Source: Octopus sinensis (lineage: Eukaryota). Taken from it: a stretch of 33,920 nt of DNA. The stretch's first letter is position 1, and every line of letters starts with the position of its first letter. The position numbers were made by a program, and so were the translations under genes. The notes beneath the pieces were generated by a model. That model was not told the DNA's origin and made no database searches. It saw only the letters and a list, made by a program, of their open reading frames with translations. The stretch lies in assembly GCF_006345805.1 (NCBI RefSeq), contig NW_021831918.1:1-33920 (forward strand), in the 5' to 3' direction. Positions 10,960 to 22,494 of this stretch are shown in pieces.

Positions 10960-11352
10960 ATCTCTGCTCTACGCTACTTTGCTATAACGTGACGTAAATT
11001 GTAGTGAGTCAGTGAGAAAGCCACTACGTGATCGCTCGAAGAGCTAGAAATAGTAGCTAAATGCCCTATCATATAGAAGGATACATTGGATAATATGAGA
11101 CTGGTTGCATTGTATCTGTGTGGAAAAAAAGCAGGTTGATCACGGTTGCATTGCCCTTTGATCATCGGGGATAACCAATTTCAGTTGACCTGGTACTAAA
11201 GAATTACAAGAATAACTTATATGCTTAGAAAGGACACATTGGATATTGCAATCATAGGTACTCTATTACTCTTTTATTCTTTTGCCAGTTTCACTGAATG
11301 GACTGCAACCATATTTAGGGTACCGCCTTTTAGAGATTCTGTCAGTTATATA

Positions 11353-11765
11353 TTATATATATTTCTTTACTACCCACAAGGGGCTAAACATAGAGGGGAC
11401 AAACAAGGACAGACAAAGGGGTTAAGTCGATAACATCGACCCAGTGCGTAACTGGTACTTTATTTATCGACACCGAAAGGATGAAAGGCAAAGTCGACCT
11501 CGGCGGAATTTGAACTCACAACGTAACGACAGGCGAAATACCTATTTCTTTACTACCCACAAGGGGCTAAACACAGAGAGAACAAACAAGGACAGACAAA
11601 CGGATTAAGTCGACTACATCGACCCCAGTGCGTAACTGGCACTTAATTTATCGACCCCGAAAGGATAAAAGGCAAAGTCGACCTCGGCGGAATTTGAACT
11701 CAGAACGTAACGACAGGCGAAATACCGCTAAGCATTTCGCCCGGCGCGCTAACATTTCTGCCATC
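11353..11765 (-). mobile_element. SINE family B dimer (head plus two tandem bodies)
   Basis: Two ~185-bp bodies joined at AAAGAAATA|GGTATTTCG; 11-bp TSD TCAGTTATATA at 11342-11352 and 11766-11776. Confidence 0.9.
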
Positions 11766-12009
11766 TCAGTTATATAGTATATAGTTTATTTAAATGGAGC
11801 GATGTGACACTTGCATTTCCTGGGTATCTAAAGCTGCGTAAGAAAAGGAAAATTTTGTTCAACCTCGATGTGGAAGAGCGCTGCGTGCTTCGGTTAGTTG
11901 CTCCACAGAACTCAATGGCGTCAAAACAACTGACATCTGGAAATGTAGAGATGACCAGAACGATGCCGGCGACAAACAGACAGTGTAAATGATTGAAATG
12001 TGTAAATGA

Positions 12010-12527
12010 TTGAAAGTGGGGGAGAATGAACAGAAAAGAAAGAGAGATAGAGTGAATGTGTGTTAGAGGGAGAGAGACAAAGGGAGTGGAAGGGAGAGTG
12101 TGAGTATGAGTGTGGAGTACATGAAGGATGGGGATGGTATGAAATTAGTAGGACTGTGTTAGAGTGACAAGTAAGGGAGAGTGTTTGAGAAGAAGGTGAT
12201 GGGGGAGAAATGATAGATAAGAGGGAAATAGTGAGATAGAGTGACTAAAACAGAGCAAGAGAGCGAGAAAGAGAAGGGCATAAGGGGGAAAGAGTATGGA
12301 GAGTGTGAGAGATGGTTTATAAGTTAAGAGAGTTTGAGAGAAGTGGAGAGTGAAGGATGGTAAGAGATAGTAGATAATCTGAGAGAGAGAGAGAGAAACA
12401 GAGAAACAGCAGTTTATGAGAAAGTAAGAGGAATTGAGAGAGTGGCTCAGAGATGGAGGAGAGACAGACAGACAGAGTGACCAGGAGTGAGTGAAAGGGA
12501 ATAAGTTGACAGAGAGGTTGAGAGAAT

Positions 12528-12563
<36 letters not shown>

Positions 12564-12675
12564 TGAGCAGTGAATAGATTGTGAAAAAGTTTTGTAGAGA
12601 GAGGGTGATGGAAGGATAATGAGAAATAATGATGAAGTTGCAAGGGAGTCATGGAGACATAGAGAGGTTAAGAAA

Positions 12676-12712
<37 letters not shown>

Positions 12713-12740
12713 ATTGAGAAGAAAAGGGGTGACAGAAAGG
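12010..12740. repeat. GA-rich polypurine low-complexity tract with (GA)n runs
   Basis: About 730 bp, strongly purine-biased on the + strand. Confidence 0.85.
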
Positions 12741-14477
12741 AATCTGTCGCACTCATTATATATGTAAAAAAAAAAAAAAGAAGCTAATAATGACGAGATT
12801 CACAAATGACAGTTTTGCGAACTTCAGAGCACATCTTTGCGTTGTTATATATAAATCCCACCGGAGATAGTTCGCTTGCACAAGAAAGACGAACAATAAC
12901 GAAGACAAGTCTTTATCTTTACAAACCGCCATCATAATTATCATCAGCATGCTTTTCTTGTTGCCTTGTCGTTGCTGTTGCTATTGTCGTAGTCGTTGTC
13001 GTTGTCGCCACTGTTACAACTCTTGTTTAGCTCAAAGTCAGGCTCTAATTAAGCAGACTTATGATTAAAGACGTTCCAGCTGTCACCATCCCCACCAATT
13101 TTTTTTTTCTTTCCATTATCTATAACTACGCTATCCAATGTTCCCTTCTTTTTGAAGACAGCGGGGTGTTATTTAAAGGAAATAAAAACTTTGACTACTA
13201 TTTCTCACAAATCCAGCGATCAATATAGAGGCTTTCCCGTTAGCAGAAGTTTACTACATCTATATTGGTGCCGTGTGTCATTCTATAGCTACTTATGCGT
13301 CATTTTTATTTTTATATTATTTCTGCTGATTCTGATTGTCAGAGCTCAGAGCCTCAGCGACATCTATCAAGAAATGTTATACCATGAGATAACAGACGCC
13401 ATGTTTAAACAACGAAAGCGTATCTAAGCCATCGTTCTTGTTAGAAATACAACCAAATTTTACTCAATATACGCCCTGCTGTCTTTAAAAACTAGAAAGG
13501 ACACATTGGATATTGCAATCATAGGTACTCTTATTACTCTTTTATTCTTTTGCAGGTTTCACTAAATGGACTGCAACCATTTTTAGGGTACCGCCTTTTA
13601 GAGATTCTGTCAGTTATATAGTAATTGAAGTACTTAATCTGGTATTAATTTTATTGAATGGTTTATTACATCGAATGGCTAACTTCGCCTATCGAATAAT
13701 GCCCCGAAAGGGACGTGAATAGTTCAAGGTGACCAACACACGAAACTCTCAGTCCTTGAGTCACGGTCTTTGGGTTTTTGCAAAATTTCTGGTACCAAAT
13801 TTCGCTTACAATGCGTTGGTTAATGAGAGGCAATGGTAAAAGATACCACCACATATTGAAATTGAAACCCGAACGGAGTGTTTGCAAAGTGAACTTCTTA
13901 ACCACGCAACCATACAAACAGATGTCAAGAAAATAAATTTTCTTCTCTCTCTCTCTCTCTCTCTCTCTCCTTCTCTTTCTCTCTCTCTCTCACTCACACA
14001 CACACTCTCATTCTTTCTCTCTTTCTTTCATGTAAATGTGTACAAGAAACTCAACGTAGTGTTATATCATATGATCTAACGCACGTCTGGTTAACAGATT
14101 GCATTGAATGTGAATATAAATATATAAAAATACACTGGACAGCCTAAAGAAAATCTATGTAAATATATGTAGAACTCCAGTGTCGTGTTATCAGGGGATC
14201 TCATTACTGTCTGGTTACACCGAAATGTACGATAATAACCCAAAAGTCAGCTTGGTTTCAGCGGAAAGGTTTACAGTAAAAGAAAGAGGAATATATTTGA
14301 AAAATTCTCTTTTTTCTTTTTTCCTATCAGTTATATTTATTCCAACCTGTGTCATATATTCTTCCATCTTTCGATTTTTTATTGAGACTTCCTTGTAGGT
14401 ACATCATGTTAGAAATAGCAGTAAAATTTTCCTCAAATCTTACGATTCTCTTTTATAAGAGGAAGAAAACATTCGAT

Positions 14478-14515
14478 AACACCAGTCATCAAGCGGCGGT
14501 GGGAGACAATCACAT

Positions 14516-14546
<31 letters not shown>

Positions 14547-14547
14547 C

Positions 14548-14609
<62 letters not shown>

Positions 14610-14762
14610 TTCTTTCAGTTTCCGCCTACCAAAATCCACTCACAAGGCTTTGGTCAGTCCGTGGTACAGTAGAGGACACTTGCCCAAGGTTCCACGCAGT
14701 GGGGTTGAACCCGGAACCTTGTGCTTGAGAAGCAAACTTCTTACCTCACAGCCACGCCTACA
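14478..14762 (-). mobile_element. SINE family A, tail truncated; part of a local copy of 17839-18135
   Basis: Head and central microsatellite present; shares private variants and flank with the 17645-18035 copy. Confidence 0.85.
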
Positions 14763-15104
14763 CCTAAGAATATAGTGATGGATGTGTCGTCGGTGACTCC
14801 TTTGGTAAACAAAGTGTTAAATTGACCCCAGTAATTGACCGGTACTTGTCGTCATCAAGATACACTGTTTTTAATTTATATTTTTATTGTGATTGGCTTT
14901 TATTTAATCTGAAAGAAGGGCTCCTGCATCTGTGCCCTTTGTAAGTAGGTATTTTGAGAATGGTGAGATCGATGCAGTTGAATTCAACATTTTTTCAGTC
15001 AGTCATATTCTAGCTTGTATCATAAATTCTTTTATCTCTTGATCATATTAGAAGTCCCTATGAAATCGCTTCATGCTAGAAATAGCTTCAAACACTCTGT
15101 AGTG

Positions 15105-15188
15105 ACGTCATTTTCCAGTGTACGCACACGCAACGTCATTCTTCAGTGTGCGTGTGCGGAACGTCATTCTTCAGTGTGCGTGTGCGGG
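15105..15188 (+). repeat. Three tandem 28-bp units ACGTCATTYTYCAGTGTRCGYRYRCGSR
   Basis: Units at 15105, 15133 and 15161; the first overlaps the perfect palindrome TGACGTCA (15103-15110). Confidence 0.85.
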
Positions 15189-16047
15189 GCTGGAACCTTC
15201 TGGAAAGGCCTAAGGAAGTTCCCTCATGCACATGCGCAAGAGACTGGGGAAGAACATTCTATCGCGTTCCTTGTTAGCGTCGTTGACTTGAGACACGGCT
15301 ATTGAAGCGAAAGGACATGTTAAACGTGTGATCAGCCATTCTCCTGTCCCAGACGCTTAGAATTTGACTTGCTCTGTTGCTGCTGAATTTGTTGTAAGAA
15401 TCTTACAAATGTTAAAGTTCAGCCTTGCTATATCGAACCAAGTGGATACCAATATACCAACGTACTTCTTTTGTAAATAAGAAATAAAGAGTATATATAT
15501 TTTTAAGGTTGCGTTCTTGTTCCTGACTGGTAGATTCTGGAAATTAAAGAAAGGAAATTGGTTGCACCCGAACAGTGTAAAGAATTAACCAGTTCCATTA
15601 CAACTCCTTCAAATCTGACCATACCGTTTTATAAGAGGAAGAACATATTAGATAATATTGTTCTAGATATGCTATTTTTATTTCCTCTCATTTTGTGTGG
15701 AGGGGTAATTTCCTCGGGGTTGGGGCCTGTATCTCTGGCCTGCTGAGGTACTCTGAGAATGGCGAGATTGATGTAAAATTTTCTTTCCTATCAGTCCTAT
15801 TTCCTCCTGTATCATAAATTCTTTTATCTTTCGATTATATTTTAGGCCCCTGTGTAGTAGCATCTTACATGAAATAACATTATCATCTCCCTCAAAACTC
15901 ACCTTACCTTTTTATAAGAGAGATAAACATTGGATAATGTCGTTCTAGATACACTATTTTTATTACTTTTTATTGCGGTTTGATCTATAGGAAGAGGCCT
16001 ATGTCTATGCCCTTCATATGTATTCTGAGAATGGTGAGTTCAGTACC

Positions 16048-16462
16048 TATTTCTTTATTACCCACAAGGGGCTAAACATAGAGGAGACAAACAAGGACAG
16101 ACAAAGGTATTAAGTCGATTACATCGACCCCAGTGTGTAACTGGTACTTAATTTATCGACCCCGAAAGGATGAAAGGCAAAGTCGACCTCGGCGGAATTC
16201 GAACTCAGAACGTAACGGCAGACGAAATACCTATTTATTTATTACCCACAAGGGGCTAAACATAGAGTGGACAAACAAGGACAGACATAGGTATTAAGTC
16301 GATTACATCGACCCCAGTGCGTAACTGGTACTTATTTAATCGACCCCGAAAGGATGAAAGGCAAAGTTGACCTCGGCGGAATTTGAACTCAGAACGCAAC
16401 GGCAGACGAAATACGGCTACGCATTTCGCCCGGCGTGCTAACGGTTCTGCCAGCTCGCCACC
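16048..16462 (-). mobile_element. SINE family B dimer
   Basis: Same dimer junction as 11353-11765; 16-bp TSD TGGTGAGTTCAGTACC at 16032-16047 and 16463-16478. Confidence 0.92.
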
Positions 16463-16484
16463 TGGTGAGTTCAGTACCGTTGAT

Positions 16485-16700
16485 CTTCCTCTCCAACAAC
16501 TGCATGCTGACAGCTGCAAGAAACTTATGGACAGAGAATGAATTCCAGCAGGATGGTACAATGTGGCGAAACGAGTGGGTGAAGTGATTAGAGCAAGAAT
16601 TGGGATACAATATAGATGACAAGAGGAGAAAAGACCAGTGCGACGGATGGAGCTGAACGGACGTGAAACGAGATGAACCATCTCTCATACAAATGTCTGC
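16485..16700 (+). mobile_element. Possible decayed 3' end of an RTE-like LINE
   Basis: One frame reads NNCMLTAARNLWTE...GTMWRNEWVK*LEQELGYN...RKDQCDGW, loosely like the RTE C-terminal DNRWT...TRWRD...DR..W pattern; judged by eye only. Confidence 0.35.
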
Positions 16701-16839
16701 GGAATACTCAGCTACTTACACCTCCAGTCAATGATTAAGTAATTCAGTTGGTCAAACAACTGAATTCTCATCGAAACCAACAGGAGACCCATTTACTTTA
16801 CGGTCACTCTTTAGCCAAGTCTCCGAAACGGGTTGATTC

Positions 16840-17169
16840 GTAAAGACCTCCTTCAGTCATGAATGATCATGGGATTGCACCAAGAAAGTCACTCAGCACA
16901 AGTCTGGGCAAGGCTGTTTTTGTGGAAGGCCAGCAGTCGCCCATGCATACCAGCCTCCCGTCTCCATGTCACCGATGTTTTCCAAGGGAAAAGCAAAGGC
17001 CGATACAGCTTGGCACCGGTGACATCGCAACTCATTTCTACAGCTGAGTGAACTGGAGCAACGTGAAATAAACTGCCTTGCCCAAGAACACAACGCAGCC
17101 CGGTCCGGGAATCGAACTCACTACCACATGATTGTGAGACCGATGCTCGAACAACTGAGCCATGCACCT
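16840..17169 (-). mobile_element. tRNA-derived SINE, family D
   Basis: Reverse strand reads AGGTGCATGGCTCAGTTG...GAGTTCGATTCCCGG...TTGCTCCAGTTCACTCAGCTGTAGAAATGAG; a second copy lies at 21459-21784. Confidence 0.85.
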
Positions 17170-17644
17170 GAATTTTCATCGTCGAAACCAACAGGGGATC
17201 CGTTTACTTTATGCTTTTTTTTCTTTTAAGATATAAGCTACTCTAGGGACAAGTCTACGTAGCAGATTCTATTTGTATAGAAGAATAATTAAATACTGCA
17301 AGATAATTTTGTCCGACACTATGACGATTCTGTCAAAGCAATGATTTCTATAAAAGTTACATGCTCTCAAATTTGCAAGCTGGATATGGTCGCTTAACAC
17401 TTTGCCTCCCTAACGCATTTTGTACCATATTTTCTTTAGCACCAGTTGTCTAGTTTTGTAATAAATTATGAGTTTTTTTTTATTTATTTTATTTAACAAC
17501 ATGAATGTTCTAGTTCACTGTATAAGCTACCATATTGAGTTACAGCATGGCTATCACAAGTAATTCCTGCGGCGCAGAGCAAATATTATATTCCTTCAGT
17601 ACTGCCGGTGATATGGAAATTAAAATGTATTAAAGTCCATGATA

Positions 17645-18035
17645 CTTCTGTTTTATCTTTTACTTGTTTCAGTCATTAGACTGCGGCCATGCTGGGTCAC
17701 CGCCTTGAAGAGTTTTGGTCGAATAAAATTACCCTTAAGCATTTTTGCTTTTTTATTTATTTTTTTTTTCCTCAAGACTGGTAATTATTCTGTCAGTCTC
17801 TCTTGCCGAACTTTAAGTTACGGGTACGTAAACAAACCAACACCAATCATCAAGCGGCGGCGGGAGGCAATCACACACACATACACACATATATAGACTT
17901 CTTTCAGTTTCCGTCTACCAAAATCCACTTTGGTCAGCAAGAAATTTTGAAGACACTTGCCCAAGGTTCCACGCAGTGGGCCTGAACCCGGAACATTGTC
18001 GTTGAGAAGCAAACTTCTTACCACACAGCCACGCC
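17645..18035 (-). mobile_element. SINE family A
   Basis: Tail TTACTTGTTTCAGTCATTAGACTGCGGCC and head ...CTTACCACACAGCCAC. Confidence 0.85.
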
Positions 18036-18939
18036 TACACCTAAGAATATAGTGATGGATGTGTCGTCGGTGACTTCTTTGGTAAGCAAAGTGTTAAACT
18101 GACCCCAGTACTTGATTGGTACTTTACTTCATCAATTTCAAAAGTAATAATAAAAAAAAGAAACAAGGTCGATCTTGGTGGGATTTGAACGTAGAACATA
18201 AAGACACGTAACTAAATGCCAGCCGACATTTTTTTTTTTTTTATACATCACCCTACCGATGATTCTGTCCATTCATTAATCGTAATAAATACTTCCATGC
18301 TTTTAACACAACAAAATTTATTGTCGATTTAGGCACCCAAACCGAATGTTGTTGCATTAGAGTTAAAGACCTCTTTTCCTTCGAAAATAGCTTCCCAGAA
18401 ATTATGGCCTGCTTGCAAAAAACCATTAACGCGTGAGGGAGTATTTATTTTCAAGAAATTCTTTTATTCATATATTTCTATTTTCATTTGATTATATTTT
18501 TCTTTATTTATTTTCGTAATCTTTATTGATTATTTTACGTAAGGATGTCTTTTTTTTTCTGATAATAAAAAAAGCAAACATTTAACTGCGTTTAACTGTA
18601 ATCTCTTGAATAAATTTTCAGGTTCGAGACTATTAAATTTAAATTGAATTGGGATGGCTCTCACTGGTAGTGAATTCTTTGCTCTCCTGCTGTCTTCCGG
18701 GAGCACTAGATTTAGAATTTATTATCGACACTGATATTAAACAATGTACTCTTCTGTCAACAGAACTCCCACCGACTATTTTAATAGCAGTGAAGGTATC
18801 TGGATGCCATTTATGATTTCAACTGGATATCATGTAATAGCTTTTAAGACGTTTCGAAAACCATTTATGGTTTTTGTTTTTTATGTTACTGGTTCTAGGA
18901 AAGTTTTTCTGGGAAAAAAATGCATAATTGCGAAGATAG

Positions 18940-18971
18940 ACAGGCAGTCAGCCAACCAGACAGGCAGACAG

Positions 18972-19010
<39 letters not shown>
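18940..19010. repeat. (AGAC)/(GATA)n microsatellite
   Basis: Direct reading. Confidence 0.85.
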
Positions 19011-19149
19011 AAAGGAAACATTAGGTAAATAGTGAAGAAATATTTTTGTACTGCTTTTTTTACACCAAGGTCATATCTGATGGCACAAGCCTATGATCGA
19101 AGGTGTTCTATCCATGACCATCCCGTCATTCTTTCATTTTTTTTAAAGT

Positions 19150-19497
19150 AACCAACCACATGGTTCCAAGTTCAGTCCCACAGCGTGGCACCGTGGGCAA
19201 GTGTCTTCTACTATAGCCTCGGGCCGACCAAAGCCTTGTGAGTGGATTTGGTATACGGAAACTGAAAGAAGCCCGTCGTATATATGTATCTATATGTGTG
19301 TGTTTGTGTGTCTGTGTTTGTTCCCCCCAACATCACTTGACGAATCGATGCTGGTGTGTTTACGTCCCCGTAACCTAGCGGTTCGGCAAAAGGGGCCGAT
19401 AGAATATGTACTAGGTTTACAAAGAATAAGTCCTAGGGTCGATTTGCTCGACTAAAGGCGGTGCTCTAGCATGGCCACAGTCAAATGACTGAAACCA
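19150..19497 (+). mobile_element. SINE family A, slightly 5'-truncated
   Basis: ACCACATGGTTCCAAGTTCAGTCCC...GAAAGAAGCCCGTCG...GTCAAATGACTGAAAC. Confidence 0.88.
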
Positions 19498-19897
19498 CTA
19501 AAAAAAAAAAGAAAAATGTATCAAATGTTCTATACTTTATTTTAAATGGTAGAATGTATTATTTTGAGGACGATTTGGTTGCTATTTCTACAAGCTCGCA
19601 TTTGTTATCGGTGTTTATCCAGGGCTATATCCGATGGCACAAGTCTGTGGCCGAAGATGCTGTAGCTGTAACCACCCCCTCAAATATACCCAGTCTTATT
19701 TTAGATGTCAAAGTGTGCGATTTGAGGGTGTTTTTTCTAGCAGCGCGAACGACCACGTAGTAGCCCTCTTCTTGGCTGAGTTGTTTACGGCGTTGGACAA
19801 AATAGCATTAAGTACATTAGAAGTCACTTATTGTGATCACCTTGGGACATAACAATTTAGATAACAACAACTGGTTGCTGATATTAAGCAGAAGAGC

Positions 19898-20291
19898 AGG
19901 CGGCGAGCTGGCAGAAACGTTAGCACGCCGGGCGAAATGCGTAGCTGTATTTCCTCTGCCGTTACATTCTGAGTTCAAATTCCGCCGAGGTCGACTTTGC
20001 CTTTCGTCGTTTCGGGGGTCGAAAAAATAAAGTACCAGTTACGCACTGGGATCGATGTAATCAACTTAATTCCTTTGTCTGTCCTTGTTTATCCCCTCTA
20101 TGTTTAGCCCCTTGTGGGCAATAAAGAAATAGGTATTTCGTCTGTCTTAACGTTCCACCGATATCGACTTTGTCTTTCATCCTTTCGGGGGGGGGTGCGA
20201 TAAATTAAGTACCAGTTGTGTACTGGGGTCAATCTAATCGACTCCCCCCTCCCCCCAAATTTCGGGTCTTGTGCTTAGAGTAGAAAAGAAT
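19898..20291 (+). mobile_element. SINE family B, full unit plus a second body with a variant tail
   Basis: Head AGGCGGCGAGCTGGCAG, junction AAAGAAATAGGTATTTCG; the second unit ends CCCCAAATTTCGGGTCTTGTG. Confidence 0.85.
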
Positions 20292-20299
20292 CGTTACTG

Positions 20300-20660
20300 C
20301 GCCGGAAAAATTGCTTTGCCACATTTATTACGAATTTCGTTCTGAGTTCAAATTCCGCCGAGGACATCTTCACCTTTCATCCTTTCGGGGTCGATAAATT
20401 AAGTACCAGAAAAATACTGGGATTTGATATAATTGATTAGTCCCCTCCTCACAAATTTCAGGCCTTGTACCTCTAGTAAACAGGATTATGATTATAATAA
20501 CTAGTTCCCACTATATTTCATTAGGTCTCTACATTTTGTGTTCAAATTCCACAGTATTCGACTTTACTTTCTATTTTTTGTGAGTTAAAAAAAAATAATT
20601 ACCAGCCAAATTACCGAGTTGATTTAATTCACTGACCCTCCCCCCGCTCACCCACCAAAA
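20300..20660 (+). mobile_element. Two older tandem family B-related SINE remnants
   Basis: TTCTGAGTTCAAATTCCGCCGAGG...CATCCTTTCGGGGTCGATAAATTAAGTACCAG, then a more decayed copy. Confidence 0.7.
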
Positions 20661-20964
20661 TTTGTGGTCCTTAAGGGTTGGGATGTATCTCAATCATATC
20701 TGATCTGGTAACAAGTTTGTATTCACTGCTTAGAGCTGTCACCCCGCATTTTATTTACGGCGAGCCGCTAAATAGGGCAACTTGTCATTCAACGATGATG
20801 GAAATATCATAAGAGGGACATGTCTCTCGTGTCAGTTCACAGCGCCTCCTTTTCCGGACTTTGTGGCTGAAGAGAAGATAACCGCTTAGAAATGCACGCA
20901 TCCTACAGTCTAGCCAGGTGGAGCTATGAGTTAACTTGGTGTATTTACACCTATTCGTCTAGAG

Positions 20965-21307
20965 CAGTGGTTCTCAACCTTAGAGTCCATATAAGATTGG
21001 CGGGATGAGGATCCATGTAATAAAATAGTAAACGGGTAAACTGGGGATCTGCAATAGTGTTTTAAGGGCCCCTGAAAAAAATTTTGCTTTGGAGGTATGT
21101 ATCGGAATGCATTGCGAGAAACAGCTAGGCCTCTAACACTTTACTTAGTTCAACCTACACAAGTTAATGTATGAAAAGCAAAATAGGAATTTTGAAAGAA
21201 GTTTCTATAAAATTATTTTTTAAACATCGAATGACTATAGGGGTCCACCAGAATGAAATAATAATCAAAGGGGTCCATAGGTTTAAAAAAAATGGCTGAG
21301 AACCCTG
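20965..21307. mobile_element. hAT/Charlie-like MITE, 343 bp
   Basis: TIRs CAGTGGTTCTCAACC and GGCTGAGAACCCTG; 8-bp TSD GTCTAGAG / GTCTAGTG, matching the NTCTAGAN target of Charlie-type hATs. Confidence 0.88.
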
Positions 21308-21458
21308 GTCTAGTGGGGGAAATTTTTCTCCGTGACAAAATACAGTGACTGACTTTCTTACGGGTTTGAATATGCCTCAAGCATATTTGAACACGTGATA
21401 AGTTTGTAGGAATGTCGATGTGATGGTTGTTTAGCGACGAGTTTAGTTTTCATTGAAT

Positions 21459-21784
21459 GTGAAGGCGCATGGCTCGGTGAACGTCGTGAGGTAGTGCGTT
21501 TGGTTCCCGGACCGGGCTGTGTGTCGTTCTTGAGCAAGACAATTTATTTCACGTTGCTCCAGTTCACTCAGTTGTAGAAATGAGTTGCAATGTCAATGGT
21601 GCCAAGCTGTATCGGTATTTGCTTTTCCCCCTGGATAACATTGGTGGCGTGGAGAGGGGAGGCTGGTATGCATGGGCAACTGCTGGTTTTCTATAAATAA
21701 CTTTACCCCGACTTGTACCTCGGAGAGGAACTTTCTAGGTGTAATTCCATGGTCATTCATGACCGAAGGGGATCTTTACCTTTT
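21459..21784 (+). mobile_element. SINE family D with an internally deleted head
   Basis: Collinear with the reverse complement of 16840-17169. Confidence 0.82.
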
Positions 21785-22494
21785 AGTTGTCATTGAGTAA
21801 ACCTAGAATCAGAAGTGTCTCAATTCTGGCCATTTCATCTGTTTTTTGTTTTTTTTGTTTTTTTTTGCACATCTGCCTTTATTTAAGACGACGGTGTGCG
21901 ATTCGAAGATATTCAGCTATTATTTCCAACAGATTGAGAGACCTGAGTAGCATAAATTTGGAGAATATTCTTCACCTGTGAGCTAAACTTCACCCACATT
22001 CAAATAATAACACACTGGCGAAGTCCCTAAACACTCATATGAATAAACAGTAAAGGTGCAGTCAGAAGCAGGAAGCAATGAGTTACCCACCAACATCAGG
22101 TGAAAGTACGAAACGGTGCTAAATTTCTTCTGGCTAATAACGCCTGTTAAATTTGGAGGCGCCTAATGTTTCTTTGCTGCGGGACACCGTGAACCCTTGC
22201 TCTGAGACTAATAAACTAGCTTAAGCCTTAATACTAAAATGTAATTTAATATAAGCTACATGCCTGTGAATTTATAAAATTAAAGATCCATCAGTTTTCT
22301 TAACATAGAAGCGCCCCTAAAGAATTTTGAACACTCGCAATTTGACCTCGTACTAGAAACTTTCGAAGATCTGCGATCTCTACGCTTTTTAGTCACTGGA
22401 CAACAGCCAAATATCCTTCAAAGACCCTACCGTCTTAAAAGTGGAAGGAAACACTGGGTTTTGTGACTGGTCCTAGATACCAATAATCCTTTCT

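Larger units (their letters stand above)
14330..16040. repeat. Old degenerate tandem array of ~270-280-bp units, interrupted by insertions
   Basis: Recurring motifs GAGAATGGYGAG (14956, 15755, 16027), TGTATCATAAATTC (15016, 15808) and TTTTATAAGAG (14451, 15627, 15910). Confidence 0.65.

Noticed and set aside
11226-13622. 128-bp repeat pair read as LTRs or as a TSD
   Set aside because: There are no TG...CA ends, PBS, PPT or internal ORF, and the copy that keeps the original upstream context is the right-hand one, the reverse of TSD geometry.
20865-20900. CTGAAGA...GAAA motif
   Set aside because: The intervening bases do not form helix II.
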